Shown piece by piece: positions 47,852 through 57,105 of a stretch of DNA of 64,000 nucleotides. How positions within the stretch are numbered: position 1 is the stretch's first letter; the number at the start of each line of letters is the position of its first letter. The notes beneath the pieces are model-generated. The model was given only the letters and a program-made list of their open reading frames with translations, made no database searches and had not been told where the DNA came from. This stretch comes from Chakrabartia sp. (GTDB lineage Bacteria > Pseudomonadota > Alphaproteobacteria > Sphingomonadales > Sphingomonadaceae): contig JBBATU010000005.1 of the NCBI GenBank assembly GCA_040398565.1, forward strand, positions 161 to 64,160. The letters are read 5' to 3'. A program made the position numbers and the translations under genes.

Positions 47852-50605
47852 ATGTCTATCTCACCGCGGCTGGTCGGCGCTGCGCTTTTGACCACAGCCC
47901 TGTCTTCGCCAACCTTGGCTTACGCAAACGCGCTGCAAGAGCAAACACCCGTTGCTGAGCCAACTCAGCCTGACGCGAGCCAAGCCGATGCCGTTCCGGC
48001 GGCGGCGGTTCAGGCTGAGCCGACAGCGCCCGTCCAAGAGCCAGCACCGGCTGAGGAGGAGCAGGTCGACATATCGGTCCCCGGCGGCGAGATTGTTGTC
48101 ACCGGCCGGCGCGACCGCAACCTTGAAAAGGCGTCACAACAGGTCATTAGCGTTCTGTCTTCCGCGGAAATTGCGCGGACGGGCGAAGGCAATATTGCCG
48201 GTGCGCTGGGGCGCGTGACGGGCTTGAGTGTTGTTGGCAGCGGTTATGTTTATGTTCGCGGCCTTGGCGACCGCTATTCGCTTGCCCTGCTCAATGGATC
48301 CCCTTTGCCGAGCCCGGAACCGCTTAAGCGCGTCGTTCCGCTCGATCTGTTTCCCAGCAGTGTCATTGCCTCATCGCTGGTGCAGAAAAGCTATTCTGCA
48401 AACTATCCCGGTGAATTTGGCGGCGGCGTTATCAACCTAACGACCAAAGCGATCAGCAAAGAGCCTTTCCTCTCCTTCGGGTTTGGAACATCAGGCGATA
48501 GCGAAACCACCGGCAAAATTGGTTATACCTATTTTGGCAGCAAGTCCGACTGGAGCGGATATGACAATGGCGCGCGGGATAAGCCTGCCGCCCTCCAGGC
48601 CTTTCTGGACAGCGGTAAACGCTTGAGCGACGGCACAGTCGACAGCCAAGCGATTGCCAGCCAACTCGTCACATCGCGCAATGCTGCGCTCCAGCGATGG
48701 AAGAATCTCCCTCTCAATGGCTCAGCCTCGCTCTCTGGCGCTAAGTCTTGGGACATTGGCGATACGACCCTCGGGATCATCGCGACGCTTGGCTACAGCA
48801 ATAAATGGCAAAATCGCCAGCCGCGCCAACAGCGCTCGTTGAGCGCCGACCTATCTACGGTTGAGTCCGATTTTCTTGGCTTGACGACGGAAAACCGGGT
48901 TGTCCTCAATGGCCTGGCGGGTCTTGGTCTAGAGTTTGGCGATAATAAGATCCGGTGGACGAACCTTTACATTCACGACACCGTGAAGCAGGCGCGTTTG
49001 TCGACTGGCCGCCAGAACCAGACAACGGTTGATCGCATGCGCCAATCGACCGCTTGGTATGAACGGCAATTGGCCAACACACAGCTTGTTGGTGAATTTA
49101 AGCTCACGCCAGAGCTGAGCTTGGATCTTCGCGGATCCTATGCCAACTCAAGGCGCAAAGCTCCATTTGAGATGTTCTTTGAGTATGTGCGTTCAAATGC
49201 CGCTGCCGATCCTCTTGGTGACTATTATGTGAACCGCCTGAACAACGGCAATGGCGGGGATGCGAGCGCAACCTTTTCTGATCTCAACGAAGATCTGTGG
49301 GCGGCAAGCGGCGATCTGACCTACAAACTCGATGCGAATGTGTCGGTGACTATCGGCGGAACCATTTCCGACACTCAACGCACCAGTTCACGTCGCCAGT
49401 TCCAAATCCTCGCGCCTTCAATCTGCGAAGGCGCTCCTCGTGACCCTTCATCCTGTCTGCCGAGCGGCGTGACGATATTGCGGCCAGACTATTTGCTGTC
49501 AGCTTCGGTGATCAACAGCTTTAAGATCGGCTTAATCGAAAGTGACGAAGGCAACCCAGCTTTTCTTGCGCAACTGCGCAACTACGCCGGCTATGGCAAG
49601 GCGAACTGGCGGATATCGGATGCTTTGAGCATTTATGCAGGCGTCCGTTATGAATGGGCAAACCAGCAAGTTGACCCTGTGCAGGTTTTCACAGTTCCCG
49701 GTGCGGCAACAGCGGGCACCGCGCTCAAGCACAGCTATTGGCTGCCCGCAGCAACGCTGACTTGGGAGATTGAAACAGGGCTTCAGGCGCGCCTGAGCGG
49801 CTCAAAGACGATCGCCCGTCCGCAATTTCGTGAGTTGATCAACCAGCCTTATTATGACCCGGATAGCAACCGTGAATATCGCGGCAATCCGCTCCTCATT
49901 GATAGCCAGCTCTACAATGCCGAAGCGCGCCTTGAGTGGTATTTTGCACCGCAACAGCGTGTTTCAGCTGCAGGCTTTTACAAGCGGATCGACAATCCCA
50001 TTGAGGCCTTTATCAATTCAACTTTCACCACCTCTTACGCCAACGCACCGAAGGCGGTGTTGTTCGGTGCTGAATTTGATGTTCAAAAGGACTTCCAGAT
50101 TGCGGACACTGGCTTTTTTGCGCCGCGCAAACTGGTTCTCGTCGGCAACTACACCTTCACAAAGTCTGAATTGCAGGTCGGTGCGGCGGATCAGACCAAG
50201 GTCTTTGGCGCCTTCTCAACCAATGCGTCGGACTATTTCAAGGACGGTGCAAAGCTGACCGGTCAGTCTGACCATATTGTCAACTTGCAAGTCGGCTTTG
50301 AAAATGGGGACAAGCTCTCGCAGCAAACGCTGCTGGTGACCTATGCGAGCGATCGCGTGATCAGCCGGGGTGTTTTCGGCTCTCCGCCCCAGCCCGATGT
50401 GAATGAGCGCCCGGGCATCCGCGTTGATTTTGTGGCACGCGAGGGCTTTGAAGTCTTCGGAAGAGAGCTTGAACTCAAGATTGAAGCGCGGAACCTGACT
50501 GGCCGTCGGCACCGGGAGTTCCAGAAATCTGGGGCCAATATTCTCGATGTGAACAGCTATGATGTTGGTCGATCAGTCTCGCTGTCGGCCAGCTTAAAAT
50601 TCTAA
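47852..50605 (+). CDS. TonB-dependent receptor
   Basis: ATG 47852. Signal peptide ending LAYA, a Pro/Ala/Glu/Gln-rich linker, TonB-box-like EIVVTG, plug domain (ARTGEGNIAGALGRVTGLSVVGSGYVYVRGLGDRYS), a long barrel and a terminal aromatic residue (SLKF). Confidence 0.9.
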   Translation: MSISPRLVGAALLTTALSSPTLAYANALQEQTPVAEPTQPDASQADAVPAAAVQAEPTAPVQEPAPAEEEQVDISVPGGEIVVTGRRDRNLEKASQQVISVLSSAEIARTGEGNIAGALGRVTGLSVVGSGYVYVRGLGDRYSLALLNGSPLPSPEPLKRVVPLDLFPSSVIASSLVQKSYSANYPGEFGGGVINLTTKAISKEPFLSFGFGTSGDSETTGKIGYTYFGSKSDWSGYDNGARDKPAALQAFLDSGKRLSDGTVDSQAIASQLVTSRNAALQRWKNLPLNGSASLSGAKSWDIGDTTLGIIATLGYSNKWQNRQPRQQRSLSADLSTVESDFLGLTTENRVVLNGLAGLGLEFGDNKIRWTNLYIHDTVKQARLSTGRQNQTTVDRMRQSTAWYERQLANTQLVGEFKLTPELSLDLRGSYANSRRKAPFEMFFEYVRSNAAADPLGDYYVNRLNNGNGGDASATFSDLNEDLWAASGDLTYKLDANVSVTIGGTISDTQRTSSRRQFQILAPSICEGAPRDPSSCLPSGVTILRPDYLLSASVINSFKIGLIESDEGNPAFLAQLRNYAGYGKANWRISDALSIYAGVRYEWANQQVDPVQVFTVPGAATAGTALKHSYWLPAATLTWEIETGLQARLSGSKTIARPQFRELINQPYYDPDSNREYRGNPLLIDSQLYNAEARLEWYFAPQQRVSAAGFYKRIDNPIEAFINSTFTTSYANAPKAVLFGAEFDVQKDFQIADTGFFAPRKLVLVGNYTFTKSELQVGAADQTKVFGAFSTNASDYFKDGAKLTGQSDHIVNLQVGFENGDKLSQQTLLVTYASDRVISRGVFGSPPQPDVNERPGIRVDFVAREGFEVFGRELELKIEARNLTGRRHREFQKSGANILDVNSYDVGRSVSLSASLKF

Positions 50606-50615
50606 GATAGTAAAG

Positions 50616-50645
50616 AGGGCGCTGTCGCATGGCAGCGCCCTTTTC
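50616..50645 (+). terminator. Rho-independent terminator after the TonB-dependent receptor gene
   Basis: AGGGCGCTG / loop / CAGCGCCCT, followed by TTTTC. Confidence 0.55.
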
Positions 50646-50653
50646 ATTCCAAA

Positions 50654-50730
50654 TGGCGCGCCCGGCAGGATTCGAACCTGCGGCCCCAAGCTTAGAAGGC
50701 TCGTGCTCTATCCAACTGAGCTACGGGCGC
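50654..50730 (-). tRNA. tRNA-Arg (anticodon UCU), CCA encoded
   Basis: The reverse complement reads GCGCCCGTAGCTCAGTTGGATAGAGCACGAGCCTTCTAAGCTTGGGGCCGCAGGTTCGAATCCTGCCGGGCGCGCCA. Cloverleaf with anticodon loop CU-UCU-AA. Confidence 0.9.
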
Positions 50731-50823
50731 GCGATAGGCTGCCGATAGCGCGAAATGCAGGGCAGCGGAACCTTTTGCTGACGACAAGGTGACAGCGCCG
50801 GATTTTCCCGCCAGAGACGGGGC

Positions 50824-52290
50824 ATGATCCGGGTAACATCACGACAAAGTGGCGCGCCCCTTTTCGGCATTGCGGTGGCGGCGTTGATCGTCGCCACGAT
50901 GGCGCTGCGCCTATGGGCCAGCCATGGCCTGCCTTTATGGATTGACGAAAGCTGGACGGCGATGATCGCCAGCCAATCAAGTTGGGGCGCATTTTGGCGT
51001 GAAGTCTGGCTGGATTGCAATCCGCCGTTTTATTATGCGCTGATGGCGCTTTGGACGAAGATATTCGGCCTGTCGGCTTTTGCACTGCGCCTGCCCAGCC
51101 TCTTGTTCGTGACAGCAGCAGCGCTGCTACCCCTCCTCTGGCGCGCACCGGGGTTGAGCCGGGCGGCAACATTGTGTTGGGCGGCCTTAATCCTGCTCTG
51201 GGGGCCGGGATTTGATCTTGCGGCCGATGCGCGCGGCTATGGTTTGTTGCTGCTTCTGTCCACAGCGCAAGCCCTTGCCTTCATGCACCTGATGCACAGG
51301 CCCGATGTGCAGCGGGCAACGCTTTGGGCGGTGCTTGGAAGCCTTTCGGGCCTCACCCATTATCATGCGCAGTTGTTGGCAGGGGTGCAGGGCCTTGCAT
51401 TTCTGGCTGTGCATCGCGGGCAGGCGCTGCGCTGCTGGCCGGCGGCCCTTGCCTTTATCCCTGCCTTTGGCTGGCTTGCCATTCATGCGCCCCGGCTTGC
51501 CGATTATGCCCGGCCCGATGTCGCTTGGTATGAGCCGATGACGCCCGCTTTGGCCGGAGGCTTTATTCAATTTGCGCTCGGCCTGTCGGGCACGGCCATA
51601 GCAATTGCCCTTGCCATTCTAGGTGCAACCATTGCCCTGTCACGCGGACAAGCCACGACGCCTGCTGATATACAGACCAATCGGGTCCTGTGGTTGACTG
51701 CAGGGTTGGGCGTTGTGGCTTTGGCAATGGAATTGGGCCTTGGCACGGCGCGCCCGATGCTGGCGGATCGCTATCTGGTGCCCTTGGTCCCCGCGCTGTT
51801 GCTGGGGCTGGTGCTAGCCGTGGCGCAGTGGACCCGATCTGGGCCGGGTCTTGCGGCTCTGGCCCTCCTCTTTGCCCTATGTGTGGCGCCACAGGCACTG
51901 CGCGACCGACTTGAGGCAAAGACGGGCTATGGATTTGCACGCGCCAGCGCCTTTATCGCGCCCTCCCAGCCCACGGCGCTGCTCTTTTCATGGGATCACC
52001 CGGCATCGCGCATTCTTGATCCCGGCTCTCTGGCCAAGCTGGGCGGCGTCTTTCTGAACCGGGACGGCCACTCTGTTAAGGTGCGCGCCATTGCTCTGCG
52101 CCCCGGTGAGGATGGAAATCATCTGCTTCAGGCAAATCCAGAGGCTGGCGTCATCTGGATTTACAATCGCGCACGCGCCTCTGCGGCCCGCACGCGCCCG
52201 CCGGAGTTAGAACACTGGGCAGGTCGCGATTGCCAGCTGGAGCAAGGCCGATGGATTGGCATCCTCGCCTGCCGACCGCAGGGGCGCTGA
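50824..52290 (+). CDS. Glycosyltransferase family 39 / ArnT-PMT-like membrane protein
   Basis: 488 aa and polytopic. N-terminal LWIDESWTAMIAS...NPPFYYALMALWTKIFGLS resembles the dolichyl/undecaprenyl-phosphate-sugar transferase (PMT_2) family. Confidence 0.7.
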   Translation: MIRVTSRQSGAPLFGIAVAALIVATMALRLWASHGLPLWIDESWTAMIASQSSWGAFWREVWLDCNPPFYYALMALWTKIFGLSAFALRLPSLLFVTAAALLPLLWRAPGLSRAATLCWAALILLWGPGFDLAADARGYGLLLLLSTAQALAFMHLMHRPDVQRATLWAVLGSLSGLTHYHAQLLAGVQGLAFLAVHRGQALRCWPAALAFIPAFGWLAIHAPRLADYARPDVAWYEPMTPALAGGFIQFALGLSGTAIAIALAILGATIALSRGQATTPADIQTNRVLWLTAGLGVVALAMELGLGTARPMLADRYLVPLVPALLLGLVLAVAQWTRSGPGLAALALLFALCVAPQALRDRLEAKTGYGFARASAFIAPSQPTALLFSWDHPASRILDPGSLAKLGGVFLNRDGHSVKVRAIALRPGEDGNHLLQANPEAGVIWIYNRARASAARTRPPELEHWAGRDCQLEQGRWIGILACRPQGR

Positions 52291-52343
52291 CCCCATCTTC
52301 CGACCCGATTTGCCAAATGCGATCAGCGGGGTAAAGTTGCGCC

Positions 52344-53057
52344 ATGACCAAATCCCCCCTGATCGCCGTCAAGGCGGACACGCGCCACCAGTTCCGCAGC
52401 TTTGATGTTGTGATGGCAGCCTTTGTCGCCATCTTGCTGCTGTCCAACGTCATCGGCGCGGCGAAAGTTTCGTCTTTGGGAGGCTGGGAATTTGGGGCGG
52501 GGATTTTATTCTTCCCGCTTGGCTATGTCATTGGCGATGTCCTGACCGAAGTTTATGGCTATGCCCGCGCCCGGCGCTGCATCTGGGTGGGTTTTTCCGC
52601 CTTGCTGTTCATGGCCTTTATGAGCTGGGTCGTCGTGTCCTTGCCGCCAGCCCCCGGCTGGACTGGGCAGGCCGCTTATGAAAGCGTCTTTGGGCAAGTG
52701 CCACGCATCGTCTTTGCGTCGATCGTTGCTTTTTGGGCAGGCGAATTCGTCAACAGCTATGTCCTTGCCCGCATGAAAATCTGGACACAGGGCAAGCATT
52801 TATGGAGCCGCACCATTGGCTCCACTATTTTCGGGCAAGGTGTCGATAGCCTGATTTTTTATCCGCTCGCTTTTTGGGGCGTATGGGACACCAGCCAGGT
52901 GATGACAGTGCTCGTCACCAACTGGCTGCTCAAGGTCAGCTGGGAAGTCGTGCTGACACCCGTTACCTATTTGGTTGTCAACAAGCTCAAACAGCATGAA
53001 GGCGTCGACCTGTTTGACGAGGGCACGAACTTCACGCCGTTCAAGACACAGGCCTAA
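52344..53057 (+). CDS. yhhQ: Queuosine precursor transporter (YhhQ/VUT family)
   Basis: 237 aa. FFPLGYVIGDVLTEVYGYARARR and STIFGQGVDSLIFYPLAF are typical of YhhQ. Confidence 0.85.
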   Translation: MTKSPLIAVKADTRHQFRSFDVVMAAFVAILLLSNVIGAAKVSSLGGWEFGAGILFFPLGYVIGDVLTEVYGYARARRCIWVGFSALLFMAFMSWVVVSLPPAPGWTGQAAYESVFGQVPRIVFASIVAFWAGEFVNSYVLARMKIWTQGKHLWSRTIGSTIFGQGVDSLIFYPLAFWGVWDTSQVMTVLVTNWLLKVSWEVVLTPVTYLVVNKLKQHEGVDLFDEGTNFTPFKTQA

Positions 53058-53091
53058 GCTTATTGCGCTGCGTCAGCCCCTCTGGGCAGGA

Positions 53092-53610
53092 TCAAAAGGG
53101 AACGTCGTCGTCCAAATCGCTATCGAACGGGCTGGGCTGAGACACGCCGCCGCCAAAATTGCTGCCGCCGCTCGATGCGCCACCGGCCAAGGCACCGCTT
53201 GACTCGCCGCCTGCAAATTGGCCGCCATTGCCGCCGCCCATGTTACCGCCCGATCCGCCTTCACGGCCAGACAAGAGAACCAGCTCTCCCCGGAAACGCT
53301 GCAACACGATTTCGGTCGTGTAGCGATCATTGCCGTTCTGATCGGTCCATTTGCGGGTCTGGAGCTGGCCTTCAATATAGGCCTTCTGCCCTTTACGCAG
53401 ATAATTTTTGGCCACCCGGCCCAAATTTTCATTGAAGATGACGACATTGTGCCATTCGGTCTTTTCCTGCCGATTGCCATCGCGGTCATTCCATGTTTCC
53501 GACGTCGCAAGCGTAAAGCTCACAACCTCGCCGCCGCTGTTCATCGACCGCGCTTCGGGATCTTTCCCCAAATTGCCGACCAGAATAACCTTATTGACGC
53601 TGCCCGCCAT
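53092..53610 (-). CDS. ssb: Single-stranded DNA-binding protein
   Basis: N-terminal OB fold [19 protein letters not shown]...TEWHNVVIF, a Gly-rich linker and the acidic tip DDDVPF. Confidence 0.93.
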   Translation of the reverse strand: MAGSVNKVILVGNLGKDPEARSMNSGGEVVSFTLATSETWNDRDGNRQEKTEWHNVVIFNENLGRVAKNYLRKGQKAYIEGQLQTRKWTDQNGNDRYTTEIVLQRFRGELVLLSGREGGSGGNMGGGNGGQFAGGESSGALAGGASSGGSNFGGGVSQPSPFDSDLDDDVPF

Positions 53611-53620
53611 GTGCTTCCCC

Positions 53621-55480
53621 TCAAAGTCCTAAACTTGTTGCTAACCAGTATGTAGCGCCTGCCGCCACATATGCCAGCGCGAACAGATAGCCGACCATGA
53701 TGGCCGGCCATTTCCATCCATTTGTTTCGCGCCGAACAACGGCAATGGTCGAAATGCATTGGGGCGCAAAGACAAACCACGCTAGAAAGGCCAGCGCCAT
53801 GGGCAAAGTCCAGCCCGCGCGCAGGCGCTCTCGCAGTCCCTGTTCAGCCGCTGCCTCATCCTTGGCATCAACGGCATAGGTGGTGGCGAGTGCCGCGACC
53901 GCGACTTCGCGCGCGGCCATTGCGGGGATTAAGGCGAGCGCCATATCCCGATTAAACCCAATGGGCGCCACCACGACTTCCAGCCCACTGGCGATCCGCC
54001 CCGCAATGGAGTGATCAATCTGGCTTTTGGCCGAGCCATTGGGGACTTGCGGAAAGCTGAGCAGCGCCCAGAGGACAAGTGTGGTGAGCGCAATGATCGT
54101 GCCCGCCCGCTTTAGAAAAGACGCCGCACGTTGCCATAGGCCCAGCGCCACATCCTTAAGGCTGGGCAATTGATAGCGTGGCATTTCCATCATGAAGCCA
54201 AGGCTGCGGCCCGGCACCATCGTCCGCCGAATGAGCAATGCCGCCAGCATCGCGCCGGCGATACCGGCCAGATAAAGGCCGAACAGCACCAGCCCCTGAA
54301 GCCCAATACCGGGAACGACTCTTTGGTCGGGAATGAATGCGCCGATGATCACAGCATAAACGGGCAGGCGTGCCGAACAGGTCATCAGCGGGGCAATGAG
54401 GATTGTCGTCAGCCGATCCCGCGGATCTTCAATTGTGCGCGTCGCCATAATGCCCGGCACGGCGCAGGCGAAAGAGGACAAGAGCGGAATGAAGGCCCGG
54501 CCCGACAAGCCGACGCCCGCCATCAGCCGATCCATGATGAAGGCGGCGCGCACCATATAGCCCGACATTTCGAGCACGAGGATGAACGCGAAGAGCACAA
54601 GGATTTGCGGCAAAAAGACAATCACCGCCCCCACGCCCGCAATCACGCCATCGATGATGGCAGAGCGCAGCAAGTTATCGGGCATAGCCCGCAGGACCCA
54701 ATCCTGAATCTGGCCAAGCCCGCCCTCAATGAGAGCGACGGGCGCTTCGGCAGCAGAATAGACCAGCTGGAACATGGCAAAGAGCGTTGCGAACAGGATG
54801 ATTGGCCCGGCGATGGGATGCAGCACGACCGAATCGATCATCCGCGTTGTCCGCCGCGTCGGCCGCTCAGCAACGATTGCTGCCTGTGCCATCCGCAAGG
54901 CTTCTCGTCGAAGATCGCCCGGTGCAACGGGTGCGTTCACCGCCCGGTCCGTATCAGACGGGGCAGTTGTGAGGGCGTCCGTCAACGCTGTCCGCAAATC
55001 ATCCAGCCCGCGCTTGCGCACAGCAATGGTTGGGATGACGGGTACGCCAAGTTCTGCGGACAGTTTTTCAGCAGACAGGGTCAGGCCATCACGCTCCGCC
55101 AAATCAACCATGTTGAGCGCGACCACACAGGGCAGCCCAAGGCCGATCAGTTCAAGCGCGAAGCGCAGATGGTTATCCAGATTGCACGCATCCGCGACAA
55201 TGATGATCGCGGCGGGGCGACGCTCCCCGGCTTGGCGGCCCATCACCACATCGCGCGTCACCGCCTCATCCGGGCTGGTGGGTGTTAAGCTATAGGTGCC
55301 CGGCAAATCGACCAGCTCCGCCGGACGGCCATCATCCAACGATATGCGCCCAGAATGGCGCTCCACGGTGACGCCGGGATAATTGCCCGTCTTTTGACGT
55401 GCCCCCGTCAAGGCATTGAAGAGCGCGCTTTTCCCGGCATTGGGATTGCCGACAAGGGCGACGAGCGGCAGCGCACTCAT
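53621..55480 (-). CDS. feoB: Ferrous iron transporter FeoB
   Basis: 619 aa. G domain [27 protein letters not shown], then the polytopic permease domain. Confidence 0.92.
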   Translation of the reverse strand: MSALPLVALVGNPNAGKSALFNALTGARQKTGNYPGVTVERHSGRISLDDGRPAELVDLPGTYSLTPTSPDEAVTRDVVMGRQAGERRPAAIIIVADACNLDNHLRFALELIGLGLPCVVALNMVDLAERDGLTLSAEKLSAELGVPVIPTIAVRKRGLDDLRTALTDALTTAPSDTDRAVNAPVAPGDLRREALRMAQAAIVAERPTRRTTRMIDSVVLHPIAGPIILFATLFAMFQLVYSAAEAPVALIEGGLGQIQDWVLRAMPDNLLRSAIIDGVIAGVGAVIVFLPQILVLFAFILVLEMSGYMVRAAFIMDRLMAGVGLSGRAFIPLLSSFACAVPGIMATRTIEDPRDRLTTILIAPLMTCSARLPVYAVIIGAFIPDQRVVPGIGLQGLVLFGLYLAGIAGAMLAALLIRRTMVPGRSLGFMMEMPRYQLPSLKDVALGLWQRAASFLKRAGTIIALTTLVLWALLSFPQVPNGSAKSQIDHSIAGRIASGLEVVVAPIGFNRDMALALIPAMAAREVAVAALATTYAVDAKDEAAAEQGLRERLRAGWTLPMALAFLAWFVFAPQCISTIAVVRRETNGWKWPAIMVGYLFALAYVAAGATYWLATSLGL

Positions 55481-55716
55481 AGCGGCGCGACAGTCACGGC
55501 AGAGGCATGGGCCAAACGAATGGCAACCGTCATCCGGCCCACACGCACAGCCAGCGGATCACGCGCCAAAAGCCAGCCGCGATGCAGCGGCTCCACTTCG
55601 ACCCCCGCTTCAAAGCCAAGGCAGCGCAGTCGGTGCCCCTCAGCCTCTCCAAGCTGAGACCAGTCAACCTCAACGATCCGCGCGATCCTGTTCAAAGGCA
55701 ATGTGTCCAGCTGCAC
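55477..55716 (-). CDS. feoA: Ferrous iron transport protein FeoA
   Basis: 79 aa, SH3-like FeoA (RLRCLGFEAGVEVE...VRVGRMTVAIRLAHA). Its stop overlaps the feoB start by 4 nt. GTG start. Confidence 0.85.
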   Translation of the reverse strand: MQLDTLPLNRIARIVEVDWSQLGEAEGHRLRCLGFEAGVEVEPLHRGWLLARDPLAVRVGRMTVAIRLAHASAVTVAPL

Positions 55717-55743
55717 TCGACGTCCTGAAAATCTGCATTAGTT

Positions 55744-55762
55744 GCGAGTGATTATCATTTAC
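55744..55762 (-). promoter_or_regulatory. Candidate Fur box upstream of feoAB
   Basis: The reverse complement GTAAATGATAATCACTCGC contains an exact ATGATAATCA core. By hand alignment, about 14 of 19 positions match the E. coli consensus GATAATGATAATCATTATC. Lies 28-46 nt upstream of the feoA GTG. Confidence 0.45.
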
Positions 55763-55783
55763 GACTAGAAATAGCTAGAAAAA

Positions 55784-56476
55784 TCAGCGGGCGGGATAGC
55801 GCAACCGCCCCAAAAACCGGGCCATGCTGAACATGGGAACACCGCCTTGCGTCCATTTGGCCTTGGCCGTTTCAAAGCGCATCACGCCATCAATACGGCG
55901 AGCCAGAAAAGCGCGGGTGTCCGCCCAATCTTCGCTCTCATCATTGACGAAGACGAGGAGCGTGGCGGCATAGACCGATCCAAGGATCGCCCGTTTCGTG
56001 TAATGATTATAGTCGGTCGACTGATCACCTGCCGCGCGCCACATATGGTCGGCGGCCCGCCAACCCAATTGTGCCGCGGTTTTCGCCTGAAGAGGATTGG
56101 CCAAAATGGCGTGCGCCCGGCGCAAGGCTTCCCGGTGCGGAGCCAATATGGCCAGACGCGCTTCAACCAGTCTGGTGATCCGCTGCCGAATTTTAAGGGC
56201 TGCCAACGCATCCGATGGGCAGGCCAGAGCCATGGCGGCATCCACATGGGCGAACCAAGCGTCGATCATCTCAATAGCGCCGCCGCGAAACGCCAATTGC
56301 GCGACATCCCGATCCATGCCCAAACGATCCGCCGTTGCGCAAAGGGCGGCTTTGCTCCAGCCGTCAAAGGCTGCATCCTGAGGCAATTCAGACGCCAGAA
56401 TAGGCCGAAGCTCATCCAGCGTCATATCTTGGTAATTGTCCGGCACGGCAGCGTTTTCCCAGCAAGAAGGTGACAC
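55784..56476 (-). CDS. COQ9-family protein (RpsU-divergently transcribed protein type)
   Basis: DAAFDGWSKAAL...IEMIDAWFAHVD...RITRLVEARL...DYNHYTKRAILGSVYAATLLVFVND matches my recollection of bacterial COQ9-like proteins. The start is uncertain (GTG 56476 or ATG 56425). Confidence 0.65.
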   Translation of the reverse strand: MSPSCWENAAVPDNYQDMTLDELRPILASELPQDAAFDGWSKAALCATADRLGMDRDVAQLAFRGGAIEMIDAWFAHVDAAMALACPSDALAALKIRQRITRLVEARLAILAPHREALRRAHAILANPLQAKTAAQLGWRAADHMWRAAGDQSTDYNHYTKRAILGSVYAATLLVFVNDESEDWADTRAFLARRIDGVMRFETAKAKWTQGGVPMFSMARFLGRLRYPAR

Positions 56477-56541
56477 GCCCTAGATGGGGTGATAGGATTG
56501 GTTCGTCAATCAATGCTTCAACACTATGGGGGATCGTCTCA

Positions 56542-57105
56542 ATGGCGAAATTTTTTGGAAACCTGAATGCGGTGCTGGCCGCAGGTCTTGTCCTGATGCT
56601 GGCCGTTCTGATCGGTGTGCAGGGCAGCTTTGATACAAATTATCTCTGGCGCTGGGCCCATGTGATCTCTGGGATCATGTGGATTGGCCATCTTTATTAT
56701 TTCAACTTCACGCAAATGCCGACCATGCCGGCCATTCCGGCTGAGCTGAAGCCTGCGGTGTCGAAGCATATCGCCCCGGCTGCGCTCTTCTGGTTCCGTT
56801 ATGGCGCCCTTGCGACCATCGTAACCGGCCTCGTCGTCACCATGCAGGCTGGCTATGCGCATGAAGCCTTCACGCTGCAGCCGCCGTTCCGCACGATCGG
56901 CATTGGCATGTGGCTGGCCCTGATCATGGGCTTCAACGTCTGGTTCATCATCTGGCCGAACCAGAAAAAGGCGCTTGGAATCGTCGCTGCTGATGATGCG
57001 GCAAAGGCAAAGGCTGCAACCACGGCAATGATCTTCAGCCGCACCAACACGCTGCTGTCCATTGCGATGCTCTATTGCATGATCTCCGCCGAAAGCGGCT
57101 ATTGA
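56542..57105 (+). CDS. Membrane protein resembling the N-terminal domain of urate hydroxylase PuuD
   Basis: 187 aa with 4 TM helices. WAHVISGIMWIGHLYYFNFTQMP resembles the PuuD N-terminal membrane domain. No C-terminal cytochrome c domain is present. Confidence 0.5.
   Translation: MAKFFGNLNAVLAAGLVLMLAVLIGVQGSFDTNYLWRWAHVISGIMWIGHLYYFNFTQMPTMPAIPAELKPAVSKHIAPAALFWFRYGALATIVTGLVVTMQAGYAHEAFTLQPPFRTIGIGMWLALIMGFNVWFIIWPNQKKALGIVAADDAAKAKAATTAMIFSRTNTLLSIAMLYCMISAESGY

Noticed and set aside
36484-50730. Possibility that the T4SS, lipoprotein and receptor block is a tRNA-Arg-linked genomic island or ICE.
   Set aside because: I found no integrase, relaxase, coupling protein, transposase or visible direct repeat of the tRNA-Arg 3-prime end at the far boundary. 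The G+C of the virB genes looks like the background. Only the lipoprotein/receptor pair looks compositionally different. Proper testing needs whole-genome comparison.
52291-52343. Looked for a preQ1 riboswitch upstream of the queuosine-precursor transporter gene (yhhQ).
   Set aside because: The gap is only 53 nt, and I could not find the conserved preQ1-I/II loop and A-rich tail pattern. A covariance-model scan (RF00522, RF01054) would be decisive.
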